DNA of 64,000 nucleotides from Clostridiales bacterium UBA4698 (lineage in GTDB: Bacteria > Bacillota > Clostridia > TANB77 > UBA1234), in contig DHKI01000032.1 of NCBI GenBank assembly GCA_002404755.1, forward strand, positions 43,039 to 107,038, in the 5' to 3' direction. Position numbers and translations under genes: made by a program. The first letter of the stretch is position 1. Every line of letters starts with the position of its first letter. The notes beneath the pieces are model-generated. The model saw only the letters and a list, made by a program, of their open reading frames with translations. It was not told where the DNA came from and did no database searches. Below are positions 10,279-21,291 of the stretch, in pieces.

Positions 10279-11484
10279 ATGAAGAATAATAAAGGTATTT
10301 CGCTAATAACTTTATTGGTAACTGTTATTGTAATAATTATAATCTCATCAATTTCAGTTTATAATGGAGCAAATGTTGTAAGAGATGCAAGAAAGAAAGA
10401 TGCAGAGGATAGACTTAGAACGATATGTAGTGCTATTTTTAAGGATGATTCTTTTTTGAATTTTAATGACGATGATTTAGCTGAGCTTACTGAAGACGAT
10501 TTCGATTATATGGATTTGCTTAAGTATTACGATACAGATTATGATGTAACAGTAAAAAAGATTGAATCTGGTGACGAAGATAAGAAAGAGATAATATATG
10601 AATTAACAATGAAAAAGAAAGATTCGGACACGCAATATGAATATTCCGCAAACTACACTATTTCTAAAGAAAAATATAACTATAATGTGAATTTCGACGA
10701 GGAAAATGGTGTGAATAGACCTATATTAGTTTCAGGAATGACTGCGATAAAAGAAGACGGAACAACTGTTGAAGATTTGTACAATGAAACATGGTATAGC
10801 TATAAAAAAACGACGCCATCATTTGCTAAAATGAAGACGGATGACGGAACGGTATATATATGGATTCCAAGGTTTGCGTATAGCATCCAAAGTTTTTATA
10901 AAGAAAGACAATCCAAAGAGGTTCCTAGTACGGCAATAAGCATAGTATTTTTGAGAGGCACTAGTAGTTACATGATAAATGACGAAGTTATGCCCGAAAC
11001 ATATGCAGTGCATCCAGCATTTTCTAAAGACGGAAATGAATATTCAGGAATATGGATTGAAAAAGATGTTTACACGAAATTGACAACTCTTTCAAGCGTG
11101 TATGAAGAAAAAGATTCATACGATGCACATATGATGACAAATGATGAATTTGGAGCAAGTATCTATCTAATGTATGCGTTAGAGGCAATGGATGAAATTA
11201 CATTTGAAAAAGATGAGTATGTTGCCGCTTCATTGATAGATGATATAGCTAAATTTTCTAACAGTAATGGCTTTGTTACTACTTATGAATTGGATGAGAA
11301 CGGCGTTACAAAAGAAAGAATTGGTGATGCAATGTGGGAAACACCATGGGATAGAGTTCTAGCAACATATCCGACAGAAGACAAACCATATATTATGAGA
11401 AAATTCGGCTCTGGAAAGTTTGACTTCGAAGCCGTAGACGGAAATGAAGAAGCCTATTGCAGAAGAGCAATAGCAGTGAAATAG
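10279..11484 (+). CDS. Hypothetical membrane-anchored acidic protein with a pilin-like hydrophobic N-terminus
   Basis: MKNNKGISLITLLVTVIVIIIISS resembles a class III (prepilin) leader but lacks Glu+5. A D/E/Y-rich segment follows and the C-terminal globular part shows no recognisable motif. Confidence 0.4.
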   Translation: MKNNKGISLITLLVTVIVIIIISSISVYNGANVVRDARKKDAEDRLRTICSAIFKDDSFLNFNDDDLAELTEDDFDYMDLLKYYDTDYDVTVKKIESGDEDKKEIIYELTMKKKDSDTQYEYSANYTISKEKYNYNVNFDEENGVNRPILVSGMTAIKEDGTTVEDLYNETWYSYKKTTPSFAKMKTDDGTVYIWIPRFAYSIQSFYKERQSKEVPSTAISIVFLRGTSSYMINDEVMPETYAVHPAFSKDGNEYSGIWIEKDVYTKLTTLSSVYEEKDSYDAHMMTNDEFGASIYLMYALEAMDEITFEKDEYVAASLIDDIAKFSNSNGFVTTYELDENGVTKERIGDAMWETPWDRVLATYPTEDKPYIMRKFGSGKFDFEAVDGNEEAYCRRAIAVK

Positions 11485-11542
11485 AAGAATATAAATTGAT
11501 GGTATGTGATATTGATTGATTGTTTATGTGGAGGAAATAAAA

Positions 11543-11923
11543 ATGAATGTGCTTGTATTATTATCATTTATTGTATGGATAATACTTTGTATAAAAAATA
11601 AAAAGATTATAATGTCATTGCCATATTTATTAATTATATTTATAACACCAATATATGTATTATTGGACCAAATTTATTTTTTGAATATATTTGGGTGCGG
11701 TTGTGTGCCAATAGTTCAAAATAATATGTTGAATATTCCATTTAATGCAAATGATTTAAGAATATTAGTTTATAGTATATTAATAATTGTAGTAATATTT
11801 ATTGGTGGAGTGTTATCAAGGAGATTTAAAAGTATAAAAGAAAAGATTTTGTATATTTTCTCTATTTTTATAATTAATATTGTTCTTGCTTTATACATAT
11901 GTCAATTGTATGTATGGAATTAA
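11543..11923 (+). CDS. Small 4-TM membrane protein, possibly a GtrA-like flippase
   Basis: GGAGG RBS precedes the ATG at 11543 (the ORF track starts at 11516). 126 aa with four hydrophobic segments. Assigned by size, topology and neighbourhood only. Confidence 0.35.
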   Translation: MNVLVLLSFIVWIILCIKNKKIIMSLPYLLIIFITPIYVLLDQIYFLNIFGCGCVPIVQNNMLNIPFNANDLRILVYSILIIVVIFIGGVLSRRFKSIKEKILYIFSIFIINIVLALYICQLYVWN

Positions 11924-12060
11924 ATCAATAGCATACTTTTATAAGCGTAAAAGGTTATGATACATCCAAAGAAAGGGTAATAGAATTTATGGAAGAATTA
12001 TCGAGTATTTCTGATAAGTAAATTGTCTAATAAATATAAGTTATAGAAAGGAAGATATAT

Positions 12061-12783
12061 ATGAAAAACAGTATTAAATCTTTTAGCATGGGGTTAATTA
12101 TAGGGATTACAATTTCTATGTTTAGTGGCATAGTATTTGCTAGAAACCTTAATATGAAAAATATTGATGTGTATAGTGGCGGGATAAAAGTAATTGTTAA
12201 TGGCGAAGAAATCGGTTTAAGTGATGTTTTGAATAATAATGTGGAGCCATTTTTATATAGTGGAACAACGTATGTACCGATTAGAGCAATTTCGGAAACT
12301 TTAAACAAGATTGTGTTATGGAATAATGAAAATTCTAATGTAGATATTAAAATTAAAAATATAGATAAAAACAATATAAAAAGCTACTACGAGGATATTA
12401 AATTATTAAATGATATGAAATTACATTATGCGTATTCTAAATACTATAAAGCAGGAAATGAATATAGTGATTTAGGTGAAGTAATGCTTTGTTTTACTGT
12501 TTCTGAAAAAAACAAAAGTGTCAATATATCTTTTTCAGAAAATAGAGATTTATTATTAGATTACTATCATTTAAAAAAAGAGAATGTTGTATCAAGAATT
12601 AGAAATAATTCTGCTATTATTATTGATAACACTAGAGGTGGTTATGGTGTTTCATTTAATAAAGATGGATTGAATTATTGTGTTGAAGCAACGGGATATA
12701 GCATACAAGAAGTGGTAGAGCTTATAGAAAATATTTTTGAAAGTAAGATAGGAACTATAATGGAAATCGCGAAAGCGGGATAG
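12061..12783 (+). CDS. Membrane-anchored protein with a copper amine oxidase N-terminal-like (stalk) domain
   Basis: N-terminal TM helix followed by GIKVIVNGEEIGL...YSGTTYVPIRAISETLN, typical of the Cu_amine_oxidN1 domain. Confidence 0.5.
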   Translation: MKNSIKSFSMGLIIGITISMFSGIVFARNLNMKNIDVYSGGIKVIVNGEEIGLSDVLNNNVEPFLYSGTTYVPIRAISETLNKIVLWNNENSNVDIKIKNIDKNNIKSYYEDIKLLNDMKLHYAYSKYYKAGNEYSDLGEVMLCFTVSEKNKSVNISFSENRDLLLDYYHLKKENVVSRIRNNSAIIIDNTRGGYGVSFNKDGLNYCVEATGYSIQEVVELIENIFESKIGTIMEIAKAG

Positions 12784-13144
12784 TTATAATAATGTTATGA
12801 AAATTCAATTGAGAGAGATTAGATTTAATGCTAATCTCTTTTTTGAATATTAAAAATATTTATGAAAAACTTAATGAATTACTTCGGATAAACTAATGAG
12901 AGTCAAATAATGACTGGAAAATAATAGAATAATCAAAGTGCTAAATATATAATTGAATTGACTAAAATCAATATATAAAGGAGTGATTTTCCTTCAATGA
13001 AAATTTTATCAAGAAAAGATTAGTTTCAACGTTTTAGATGAAAATACATACAATATAATTTTATCACATAAAATTTGGTTTACAAAATCGCCTTTTTGAT
13101 GTATTATTATAGCTGAAATTATTAGAATTTGGGAGGTTTTTACT

Positions 13145-14956
13145 TTGTCAGATGAACAAAAGAATATACGTAACTTTTGTATTATAGCACATATAGACCA
13201 TGGAAAATCTACACTTGCTGATAGGCTAATCGAGCTTACAGGTGTTTTGACAAAACGTGAAATGCAAGAACAAGTATTAGATAACATGGAATTAGAGAGA
13301 GAACGTGGTATAACAATTAAACTTCAATCTGTTAGAACTGTCTATAAAGCAAAAGATGGAGAAGAATATATACTAAATTTAATAGATACACCAGGGCATG
13401 TTGACTTTACTTATGAAGTTTCAAGAAGTTTGGCAGCTTGTGAAGGAGCAATACTAGTTGTTGATGCCTCTCAAGGCGTTGAAGCACAAACACTTGCCAA
13501 TGTTTATTTGGCACTTGATAACAATCTTGAGATTGTACCAGTTATAAATAAAATCGACTTGCCAAGTGCAAATCCTGAAATGGTAATAGAAGAAATAGAA
13601 AATGTTATAGGAGTTGAAGCTCATAGTGCTCCAAGGATTTCAGCAAAAACAGGACTAAATGTAGAAGAAGTGTTAGAAGCAATCGTAAATAATATTCCAG
13701 CACCAAGTGGAGATCCAAAAGCACCAACAAAAGCTTTGATTTTCGATTCGTATTATGATAATTACAAAGGCGCAGTAGCTTTTGTAAGAGTAAAAGATGG
13801 AAGCATAAAAGTTGGCGATGAGATTGATTTCATGGCTGCTGGAAAGTCATATATAGTTTCAGAAGTTGGATATTTTGGTGCTGGCACATACATACCAACA
13901 AACGAACTAAAAACAGGCGAAGTTGGATATGTTGCAGCTAGCATAAAAAATGTATCAGACATTCATGTTGGTGATACAATAACATTAAAAGAAAACAAAG
14001 CAAAAGAGCCATTGCCAGGTTACAAAAAGGTTACACCAATGGTTTATTGTGGAATATATCCTGCAGATGGAAGTGATTATGAAAATCTAAAAGTAGCACT
14101 TGAAAAACTATCTTTAAATGATGCTTCACTTTTCTGGGAGCCTGAAACATCAGTAGCTCTTGGCTTTGGATTTAGATGTGGATTCTTAGGATTACTACAC
14201 ATGGAGATAATTCAAGAAAGAATCGATAGAGAATATGACTTAAATGTAATTACTACAGCACCTAGCGTTATATATAAAGTTACAAAGACAGATGGAACAA
14301 AATTTGATTTATATAATCCGACAGATTTACCTGCTACACAAGAAATTTCTTATATCGAAGAACCAATTGTAAAAGCAGATATAATGCTTCCAAAAGAATA
14401 TGTTGGAAATGTTATGGAACTATGCCAAGATAGGCGTGGTGTGTATAAAGATATGCAGTATATGGATGCATCAAGAGTAATACTAAAATACGAGCTTCCA
14501 TTAAATGAAATAATATACGATTTCTTTGATGCACTTAAATCTAGAACAAAAGGCTATGCTTCATTTGATTATGAAATTATTGGTTATAACAAATCGGATT
14601 TGGTTAAACTAGATATAATGCTAAATGGCGATGTAATAGATGCATTTTCACTTATTGTGCATAAAGACAAAGCATATGCAAGAGGCAGAAAAATGGCAGA
14701 AAAGTTAAAAACAGCAATTCCAAGACAAATGTTTGAAATTCCTATTCAAGCAGCAATTGGCGGAAAAGTAATAGCAAGAGAGACTATTTCTGCAATGAGA
14801 AAAGATGTATTGGCAAAATGTTACGGTGGAGATATAACACGTAAGAAAAAGCTTTTAGAGAAACAAAAAGAAGGAAAGAAAAAGATGAAGAGTTTTGGAA
14901 CAGTTGATGTACCTCAAGAAGCATTTATGTCAATATTAAAACTAGATGATGAATAA
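13145..14956 (+). CDS. lepA: Elongation factor 4 (LepA)
   Basis: TTG start with a GGGAGG RBS; G-domain motifs [14 protein letters not shown] and NKID; the LepA-specific C-terminal domain is present. Confidence 0.95.
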   Translation: MSDEQKNIRNFCIIAHIDHGKSTLADRLIELTGVLTKREMQEQVLDNMELERERGITIKLQSVRTVYKAKDGEEYILNLIDTPGHVDFTYEVSRSLAACEGAILVVDASQGVEAQTLANVYLALDNNLEIVPVINKIDLPSANPEMVIEEIENVIGVEAHSAPRISAKTGLNVEEVLEAIVNNIPAPSGDPKAPTKALIFDSYYDNYKGAVAFVRVKDGSIKVGDEIDFMAAGKSYIVSEVGYFGAGTYIPTNELKTGEVGYVAASIKNVSDIHVGDTITLKENKAKEPLPGYKKVTPMVYCGIYPADGSDYENLKVALEKLSLNDASLFWEPETSVALGFGFRCGFLGLLHMEIIQERIDREYDLNVITTAPSVIYKVTKTDGTKFDLYNPTDLPATQEISYIEEPIVKADIMLPKEYVGNVMELCQDRRGVYKDMQYMDASRVILKYELPLNEIIYDFFDALKSRTKGYASFDYEIIGYNKSDLVKLDIMLNGDVIDAFSLIVHKDKAYARGRKMAEKLKTAIPRQMFEIPIQAAIGGKVIARETISAMRKDVLAKCYGGDITRKKKLLEKQKEGKKKMKSFGTVDVPQEAFMSILKLDDE

Positions 14957-14962
14957 GGAGAG

Positions 14963-15604
14963 TTGATAATATTGATGTCAATGACACATGCACTTTACGC
15001 AAAACATGTGGCTGAACATATTTTTTTAGTGTATGGTGTAAAACTAAAGAGATATAGCTTAATATACGGAGCGATAAAACCAGATGCATCAACAATATTT
15101 GCAAAATACCCGCATTATATAAATCTTTCCCTAGATAATTTATGCGAAACGGTTGATGACTTTATAGAAACAATAGAAGGAAGAAACGAACTTGAAACTA
15201 GGGCATTTGCAAGAGAATTAGGAGTTGTTCTTCATTATATTGCAGATTATTTTTGTAGAGTTCATAATGATGTGAATGGAATAAAGCATCCTAAAAATTT
15301 TAGACATATATGGTATGAACAAGGCTTGCAAAGAGCAATAAAAAAATATGAGCTTGAAGCACTTAAAGAAGAAGTTACAAATGATTTAGACTATGATATA
15401 AAAAAGATAGACATGATATCTTTTAAAGACTATATCATATACAAACATAACAGATATATGAAAGAAGCAGGCAAAATGTACATGAAAGATAACAATAAAA
15501 AGAGAAAGAAAACAGACATAGTTTATTCATATAAAATGGAACTACTTATTTCATCATATATCGTTAAAAAAATATTAGATAAAACAAAGTTGTTGGGAAG
15601 ATAA
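14963..15604 (+). CDS. Hypothetical protein, possibly a zinc-dependent phospholipase C-like family member
   Basis: The His/Asp pattern (THALYAKH ... HYIADYF ... HND) is weakly reminiscent of the family. Confidence 0.3.
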   Translation: MIILMSMTHALYAKHVAEHIFLVYGVKLKRYSLIYGAIKPDASTIFAKYPHYINLSLDNLCETVDDFIETIEGRNELETRAFARELGVVLHYIADYFCRVHNDVNGIKHPKNFRHIWYEQGLQRAIKKYELEALKEEVTNDLDYDIKKIDMISFKDYIIYKHNRYMKEAGKMYMKDNNKKRKKTDIVYSYKMELLISSYIVKKILDKTKLLGR

Positions 15605-15627
15605 CTAAACAAAGAAAGGAATTTAAA

Positions 15628-16368
15628 ATGGACGAATTTAAAATTGAAGGAAGAAATGCTGTAACTGAGCTTTTAAAATCAGATAAGACAGTAAACAAAC
15701 TAATGATACAAAAAGGTGAAAGACAAGGTTCAATAAATGAAATAATAAAGCTTGCTAAAAACAAAAAAATAATAATAACAGAAGTAGATAAAAATAAATT
15801 AGACCAATTATCAGAAACAAAGCATCATCAAGGAGTAATTGCATTTGTATCTCCAATCGAATACAAAGAATTAGATGACATTTTTGAGCTTGCAAAAGAA
15901 AGAAATGAAGCACCATTCATACTAATAGCAGATGAAATAGAAGATCCACACAATTTAGGAGCTTTAATAAGAAGTGCAGAATGTGCAGGATGCCACGGAG
16001 TTATAATTCCAAAAAGAAGAGCTGTTGCAGTAACAGAAGTTGTTGCAAAAACATCAGTTGGAGCAACAGAATATGTGCCAATAGTAAGAGTAAACAACAT
16101 AAACGAAACAATCAGAGAATTAAAAGATAGAGGCGTTTGGATAGTTGGTACAGATGGATCAGCCAAAATAACATACTATGACCAAGATATGACAGGTTCA
16201 ATTGCGATAATAATTGGAAGCGAAGGAAGAGGAATGAACAAACTAACAATGGAGAATTGTGATTTCTTAGTTAAAATTCCAATGATGGGAAAAATAACAT
16301 CATTAAATGCAAGCGTATCAGGAGGAATAGTGCTATTTGAAGCATTAAAGCAAAGACTAAAAAAATAA
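15628..16368 (+). CDS. rlmB: TrmH/SpoU-family 23S rRNA 2'-O-methyltransferase (RlmB-like)
   Basis: N-terminal L30e-like domain plus SpoU motifs DPHNLGALIRSAECAG, IGSEGRGM and SLNASVSGGIVLFE. Confidence 0.85.
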   Translation: MDEFKIEGRNAVTELLKSDKTVNKLMIQKGERQGSINEIIKLAKNKKIIITEVDKNKLDQLSETKHHQGVIAFVSPIEYKELDDIFELAKERNEAPFILIADEIEDPHNLGALIRSAECAGCHGVIIPKRRAVAVTEVVAKTSVGATEYVPIVRVNNINETIRELKDRGVWIVGTDGSAKITYYDQDMTGSIAIIIGSEGRGMNKLTMENCDFLVKIPMMGKITSLNASVSGGIVLFEALKQRLKK

Positions 16369-16408
16369 TTAAAAAATATAAAACTTTTTTACTACTTAAT
16401 TGTCTAAT

Positions 16409-16428
16409 AAGGTGAAACACCTTTTTAA
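16409..16428 (+). terminator. Short hairpin plus T-run after rlmB
   Basis: aaggtg-aaa-cacctt followed by ttttt. Confidence 0.35.
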
Positions 16429-16671
16429 AAATAAAAATGGTGATACTTAAAATATTGTTTCAAGCACCAAAAAAGAATGAAGCTAAATTCAAAGATTTTA
16501 GAACAAAAAAATTATTTCCCTACCTTCTAAAATCAAGAAATTAGCTTTATTTTTTTCGCTTGAAAATCAACCAAACCAATCAATGGGTGTTTTTACTTTT
16601 GATTTTAATAACTATAATTTTGGACAATAGTAATTAAAATAATCGTGCACGAAAAAATGTTTGCCAAATTG

Positions 16672-16700
16672 TTGACTCGTTTAATGTTACATGATAAAAT
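16672..16700 (+). promoter_or_regulatory. Sigma-A-type promoter for the 16736 gene
   Basis: TTGACT (16672-16677), 17-nt spacer, TAAAAT (16695-16700). Confidence 0.4.
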
Positions 16701-16735
16701 AAAGCTTATCAGATACATAGAAGCGGAAATTCATT

Positions 16736-17491
16736 ATGAGGTTGGTGATTAACATAAAAAATAAGGAGTTTTATCATATACTGTTGGGGTTGTTGATAGG
16801 AATTTATACATTTATGTTTTATGTGTTTAATTTTTGCACAATACATTACCATTTTGTAAAGTCGCTAATAGTTTTAATTCCAGTAATAATATGTTTTGTT
16901 ATATATTGGCTCTTAAAGAAAGATAAAATTAAGAATAGACTAGCATTAGCATTTACTGTTGCATCAACAATTTGTTTTTTTATGTTAGCATTTTTATTGC
17001 TAATTTTATTATTTTTTGATGAAGGTACGTCATATGAAGATAATCCTTGGAAGTACAACCATATAAAGAAAATTGCAAACTATACAAGCTACACATACCA
17101 GTTTCCTTCAGAATTATCAAGTGAATTTTTAAGAGATAGGAAAGTTAAATTGTATTATACTCCACAATTCTTGCAAGGTGCATTTCAATTAAATTTATTA
17201 ATGGAGTTAAATGAAAATGAAATAAATGAGTATATTGAAAGGTATGAGGGGAGCTCAAAAATTGTCGTTGACATTAAAGAAATGAAAGAGGAAGACTTAA
17301 AACAATATGCAATTTACGAACCATATGGAATCTTTAAAGAATATGAATTTGAAAGATTTATTGAAAATGCTACATTTTATATATTTGAAAGTAAACCCTA
17401 CAAACCTAATGATTGGAATCACGGTGTGGTTCAATATATGGCAAAAAATGAAGAGTTAGCACAGTTACTCCTGGTCACTGAAGTGTGGTGA
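16736..17491 (+). CDS. Hypothetical membrane protein
   Basis: 251 aa with three N-terminal hydrophobic segments and an acidic C-terminal domain; no recognisable motif. Confidence 0.4.
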   Translation: MRLVINIKNKEFYHILLGLLIGIYTFMFYVFNFCTIHYHFVKSLIVLIPVIICFVIYWLLKKDKIKNRLALAFTVASTICFFMLAFLLLILLFFDEGTSYEDNPWKYNHIKKIANYTSYTYQFPSELSSEFLRDRKVKLYYTPQFLQGAFQLNLLMELNENEINEYIERYEGSSKIVVDIKEMKEEDLKQYAIYEPYGIFKEYEFERFIENATFYIFESKPYKPNDWNHGVVQYMAKNEELAQLLLVTEVW

Positions 17492-17597
17492 GGTGTGATA
17501 ACGAAAAGTTTTATAGGTTTTAAAAATTCTCTATTGCCCAATTCAAATGTTTTGTGATATAATCATACCCGTTATTTTGAATATAGGAGGTTAACTT

Positions 17598-19845
17598 ATG
17601 AATATTAAACGAGAAGAAGAAAACATCGAAAGAAAGAAGCTACAAGTTACACAAAACTATATTGACAAAGAGATTAAAGAAAGTGAAGAGAGACTAGAAC
17701 GAGGATTTGATGATTACGACTTTGATGACTACGCAGATGATTACATGAAAGCAGCCCTAAGAGAAAGGTTTAGCCAAAGAATTAAGAACTTAAAAATGGT
17801 TAGACCATCGCCATATTTTGCAAGAGTAGATTTTGTAGAAGATGGCTCTGAACATAGGGATGCTTTTTATTTGCGGAAAAGCAATGATAACTGATCACAA
17901 TACTCTAGAACAAGTAGTAATTGACTGGAGAGCTCCTATAGCGGATTTATATTATGAGGGAAGACTTGGAGAGGCAGAATATAATTGCCCTGCAGGAAAA
18001 ATACATGGAGAAATAAAATTAAAAAGACAATATTTCTTTAAAAATGGCGATTTGCAAGATGTTATGGATATAGACATAACAACAAATGATGAAATGCTAC
18101 AGCCATTCTTATCTGCCAACTCAGATACAAGACTTAAAAACATCATATCGACAATTCAGGCAGAACAAAATAAAATCATAAGAGCTGATATGTGGCAGCC
18201 GCTTGTAGTGCAAGGAGTTGCTGGTAGTGGGAAAACAACAATAGCACTACACAGAATAGCATACTTGATTTACAATTATGACAAAAACTTTTTTCCAGAA
18301 GAATTTTTAATAATCGCACCAAATAAATTCTTCTTAAACTACATTTCAAACGTATTACCAGACTTAGGAGTTGATAGAGTGGGACAAAGTACATATGAAG
18401 AAATAGCATTTGATGTTATCGGAAGTGAGTTTGAGATTGAAGAGCCTAATAATAAACTTGCTAGAATAATAGATAATAATAAATCAGAAAAAGAAAAAAA
18501 GATGTGCGAAATAATAATTGAAAGTTCAAAATATAAATCATCAATAAGATTTAAAAACCTTTTGGATGAATATTTGTATGAGGTAGAAAAAAGATTCGTA
18601 CCAGAAGATGATTTTAAAGTCGGAAAATATGTATTTATGAAGAGGGAAGATGTGGAGCATCTGTTTTTTAGAGAATACAACAACTTGCCATTTTGCAGGA
18701 GAATGGAGGAAATATCAAAACACTTAAAAAGTGCAGTAACAATGAGAAGTGGTCAAATCTTAAAAGATATCGAAGAAGAAAGAGACTACAAGATAGCTAA
18801 AATCAAAATGGATGAGCCAAATGAGCAAATAAGACTTTCACTTATCCGTGATGCATACAAAGAGGCAGAAGATTTATCAAAAGAAGTTACTAAAAATGTA
18901 AAGAAAAACGTTCAAAAATACATAAGTAGCACAAATAAAGTTTTAGAGCCAATAAAATATTATAAAGAATTTATGGATGTTTATATTGATACACTTGCAA
19001 AAGGCAGAATATCAGATGAAGAAATAAAATACATAAAAACATCATTTGCAGATGCACAGCGAAAAGGCAAAATAGAGATGGAAGACTTGGCACCACTTAT
19101 GTATATAAAATATATGGTACATGGAATAAAGACTAAATTTGAGTTAAAGCATATAGTAATAGATGAAGCGCAAGATTTTAGTGAATTTCAGTTCTATATA
19201 TTTAAAAAAATAGTTAAAAGTAATTCACTTACAATACTTGGAGATTTGGCACAAGGAATATATTTCTACAGGGGCACGAACAATTGGCAAAAAACAATGA
19301 GCATAGTATTTGGTGATGGCATTGACCCAACATACTTAACACTAAAAAAGACATACAGAACAACAGAAGAGATAATGAATGTGGCAAATAAAGTAATTTC
19401 ACACATAATGGATAAGCTAAATTGTCCTCCAGGTGAACCAGTAATGAAAAATGGAGCACCAGTTATAGTAAAACATTTTGAAAACGAAGAAAAAATGGTA
19501 GAGCAAATAAAAGAAAGACTAAAAGAGTACAAAGAAAAAGGCTTTAGCAATATAGCACTAATATGCAAAACGGTGGAAGATTGTATAAAACTAAAAGAAC
19601 AATTGCAAGATGAAGAAATACATATAATAAGCAGTAAAGATTCAGAATATACAGGTGGAATCAACATAGTTCCATCATATTTATCAAAAGGACTTGAATT
19701 TGATGCCGTAATAATAACAAATGCTGATGTACATAACTATACAGATTCAGAAGTAGACACAAAACTATTATATGTATGTATCACAAGGGCAATGAATACG
19801 CTCGAAATATATCACATAGACGAACTTACAAAATTATTACAGTAG
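17598..19845 (+). pseudogene. helD: HelD (helicase IV) family DNA helicase, split by a +1 frameshift near 17870
   Basis: ORF 17598-17894 encodes the N-terminus (PYFARVDFVEDG). The overlapping ORF from 17842 continues VIDWRAPIADLYY and carries UvrD-like motifs VQGVAGSGKTT, IDEAQD and VCITRA. Both frames are open across 17842-17891, and that window contains a T5 run and ttgCGGAAAAgc. Confidence 0.75.
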
Positions 19846-19861
19846 AAGTTGCTATTAGGCA

Positions 19862-19890
19862 TTGACAAATTGCTCGAAATATAGGATAAT
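19862..19890 (+). promoter_or_regulatory. Sigma-A-type promoter for rpsA
   Basis: TTGACA (19862-19867), 17-nt spacer, GATAAT (19885-19890). Confidence 0.4.
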
Positions 19891-19963
19891 TATTAAAGCT
19901 TTTTACGTGAATTATTGGCGTAAGAAAGATAATTTAGCAGATTCGGAAAGGATTGATTTTAAA

Positions 19964-21055
19964 ATGGCAAATAATGAAGAACAAAACTTTGCAGAGTTAT
20001 ATGAAAACTCACTTAAAAAATTAGAGGAAGGAACTATCGTAGAAGGAACTATCGTAGATATCGTTGGAGAAGATATTTTCGTTGATTTAGGATACAAGGC
20101 AGACGGAGTTATACCAAGAGGAGAGTTCTCTTATGGTGATGAAAAACCAGCTGATAAAGTAAAAGTTGGAGATAAAATATCAGCATACATCTTAAAGATG
20201 AATAATGGTCAAGGAAATGTATTGTTATCTACAAAAAGATTACAATCAAAAAAATTAAGAGAAGAGTTCGAAGCAAATGTTAAAGCTGATAAACCAGTTG
20301 AAGCAAAAGTTACAGAGATTAAAGATGCTGGTGTTATAGCTGAAGCAGGTAGCACAAAAATATTTGTTCCAAGAACACAACTTGTTAAGAAAGTTACAGA
20401 TTTAGCTGAATACAAAGGCAAAACACTTGCACTAAAAGTTATCGAATACAACCCAGAAAAGAGAAAGATAGTTGGTTCAGAAAGAAAGCTTGCAGACGAA
20501 TTAAGAGAAATGCAACTTGCTAAAACATGGGCTGAAATAGAAGTTGGCAAAACAATGATTGGTACAGTTAGACAAATCACAGATTATGGTGCTTTTGTTG
20601 ATATCGGTGGAATTGATGGTTTACTTCATATTACAGAAATCTCTTGGAAGCAAATTAAACATCCAAGTGAAGTTTTAAAAGTTGGTGACCAAATCAAAGT
20701 TAGAGTTATAAAGATAGACAAAGAACATAACAAAATTTCTTTATCATACAAAAATCCAGAGGATGATCCTTGGGCAAACATTAAATACCAAGTAACTGAT
20801 ATTGTTACAGGTAAAGTTGTAAGCTTAAAACCTTTCGGAGCATTTGTAGAATTACCAAATGGAATGGAAGCTTTGGTTCACATATCAAACATCACAAATA
20901 GAAGAATTGCTAAACCAGATGAAGTTCTTAAAATTGGTGATGAAGTTACAGGTAAAATAGTAGAAATCAATCCAGAAAAGAGAAGAATTGAAATTTCTAT
21001 AAGAGAACTTGAGAACGCAGAAGCTGAAGAGAGCAAAGAAAACACAGAAGAATAA
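19964..21055 (+). CDS. rpsA: 30S ribosomal protein S1 (four S1 domains)
   Basis: Starts MANNEEQNFAELYE with an upstream GGAAAGGA RBS; the ORF track starts at 19862, inside the promoter. Four S1 repeats are present (GTIVEGTIVDIVGEDIFVDLG, GTVRQITDYGAFVDIGG and others). Confidence 0.85.
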   Translation: MANNEEQNFAELYENSLKKLEEGTIVEGTIVDIVGEDIFVDLGYKADGVIPRGEFSYGDEKPADKVKVGDKISAYILKMNNGQGNVLLSTKRLQSKKLREEFEANVKADKPVEAKVTEIKDAGVIAEAGSTKIFVPRTQLVKKVTDLAEYKGKTLALKVIEYNPEKRKIVGSERKLADELREMQLAKTWAEIEVGKTMIGTVRQITDYGAFVDIGGIDGLLHITEISWKQIKHPSEVLKVGDQIKVRVIKIDKEHNKISLSYKNPEDDPWANIKYQVTDIVTGKVVSLKPFGAFVELPNGMEALVHISNITNRRIAKPDEVLKIGDEVTGKIVEINPEKRRIEISIRELENAEAEESKENTEE

Positions 21056-21291
21056 GAATATATTAAGTTCTTAAAAGAATGTGTAGCGTAACAATTGTAA
21101 AGAAGTAATATTGGCGGGTGAGTAGCCCGCCAATAAAAAGGCTTTATGGAAAAGTTATGTAAATAGATAAAAATGTCTAAAAATAACAAAAAATATAAAA
21201 ATGAATCGAATTTGGTTACCTCCCAGGTATCCAAGTGATAAATGGCCGCTTGCCATTAGATATAATCCAAAAACGAAAAGGGGAATTAGAA

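Noticed and set aside
21113-21131. GC-rich hairpin GGCGGG-tgagtag-CCCGCC between rpsA and typA
   Set aside because: There is no U-tract on either strand, so it is not a convincing intrinsic terminator. It is a single copy in the window, so not a repeat element.
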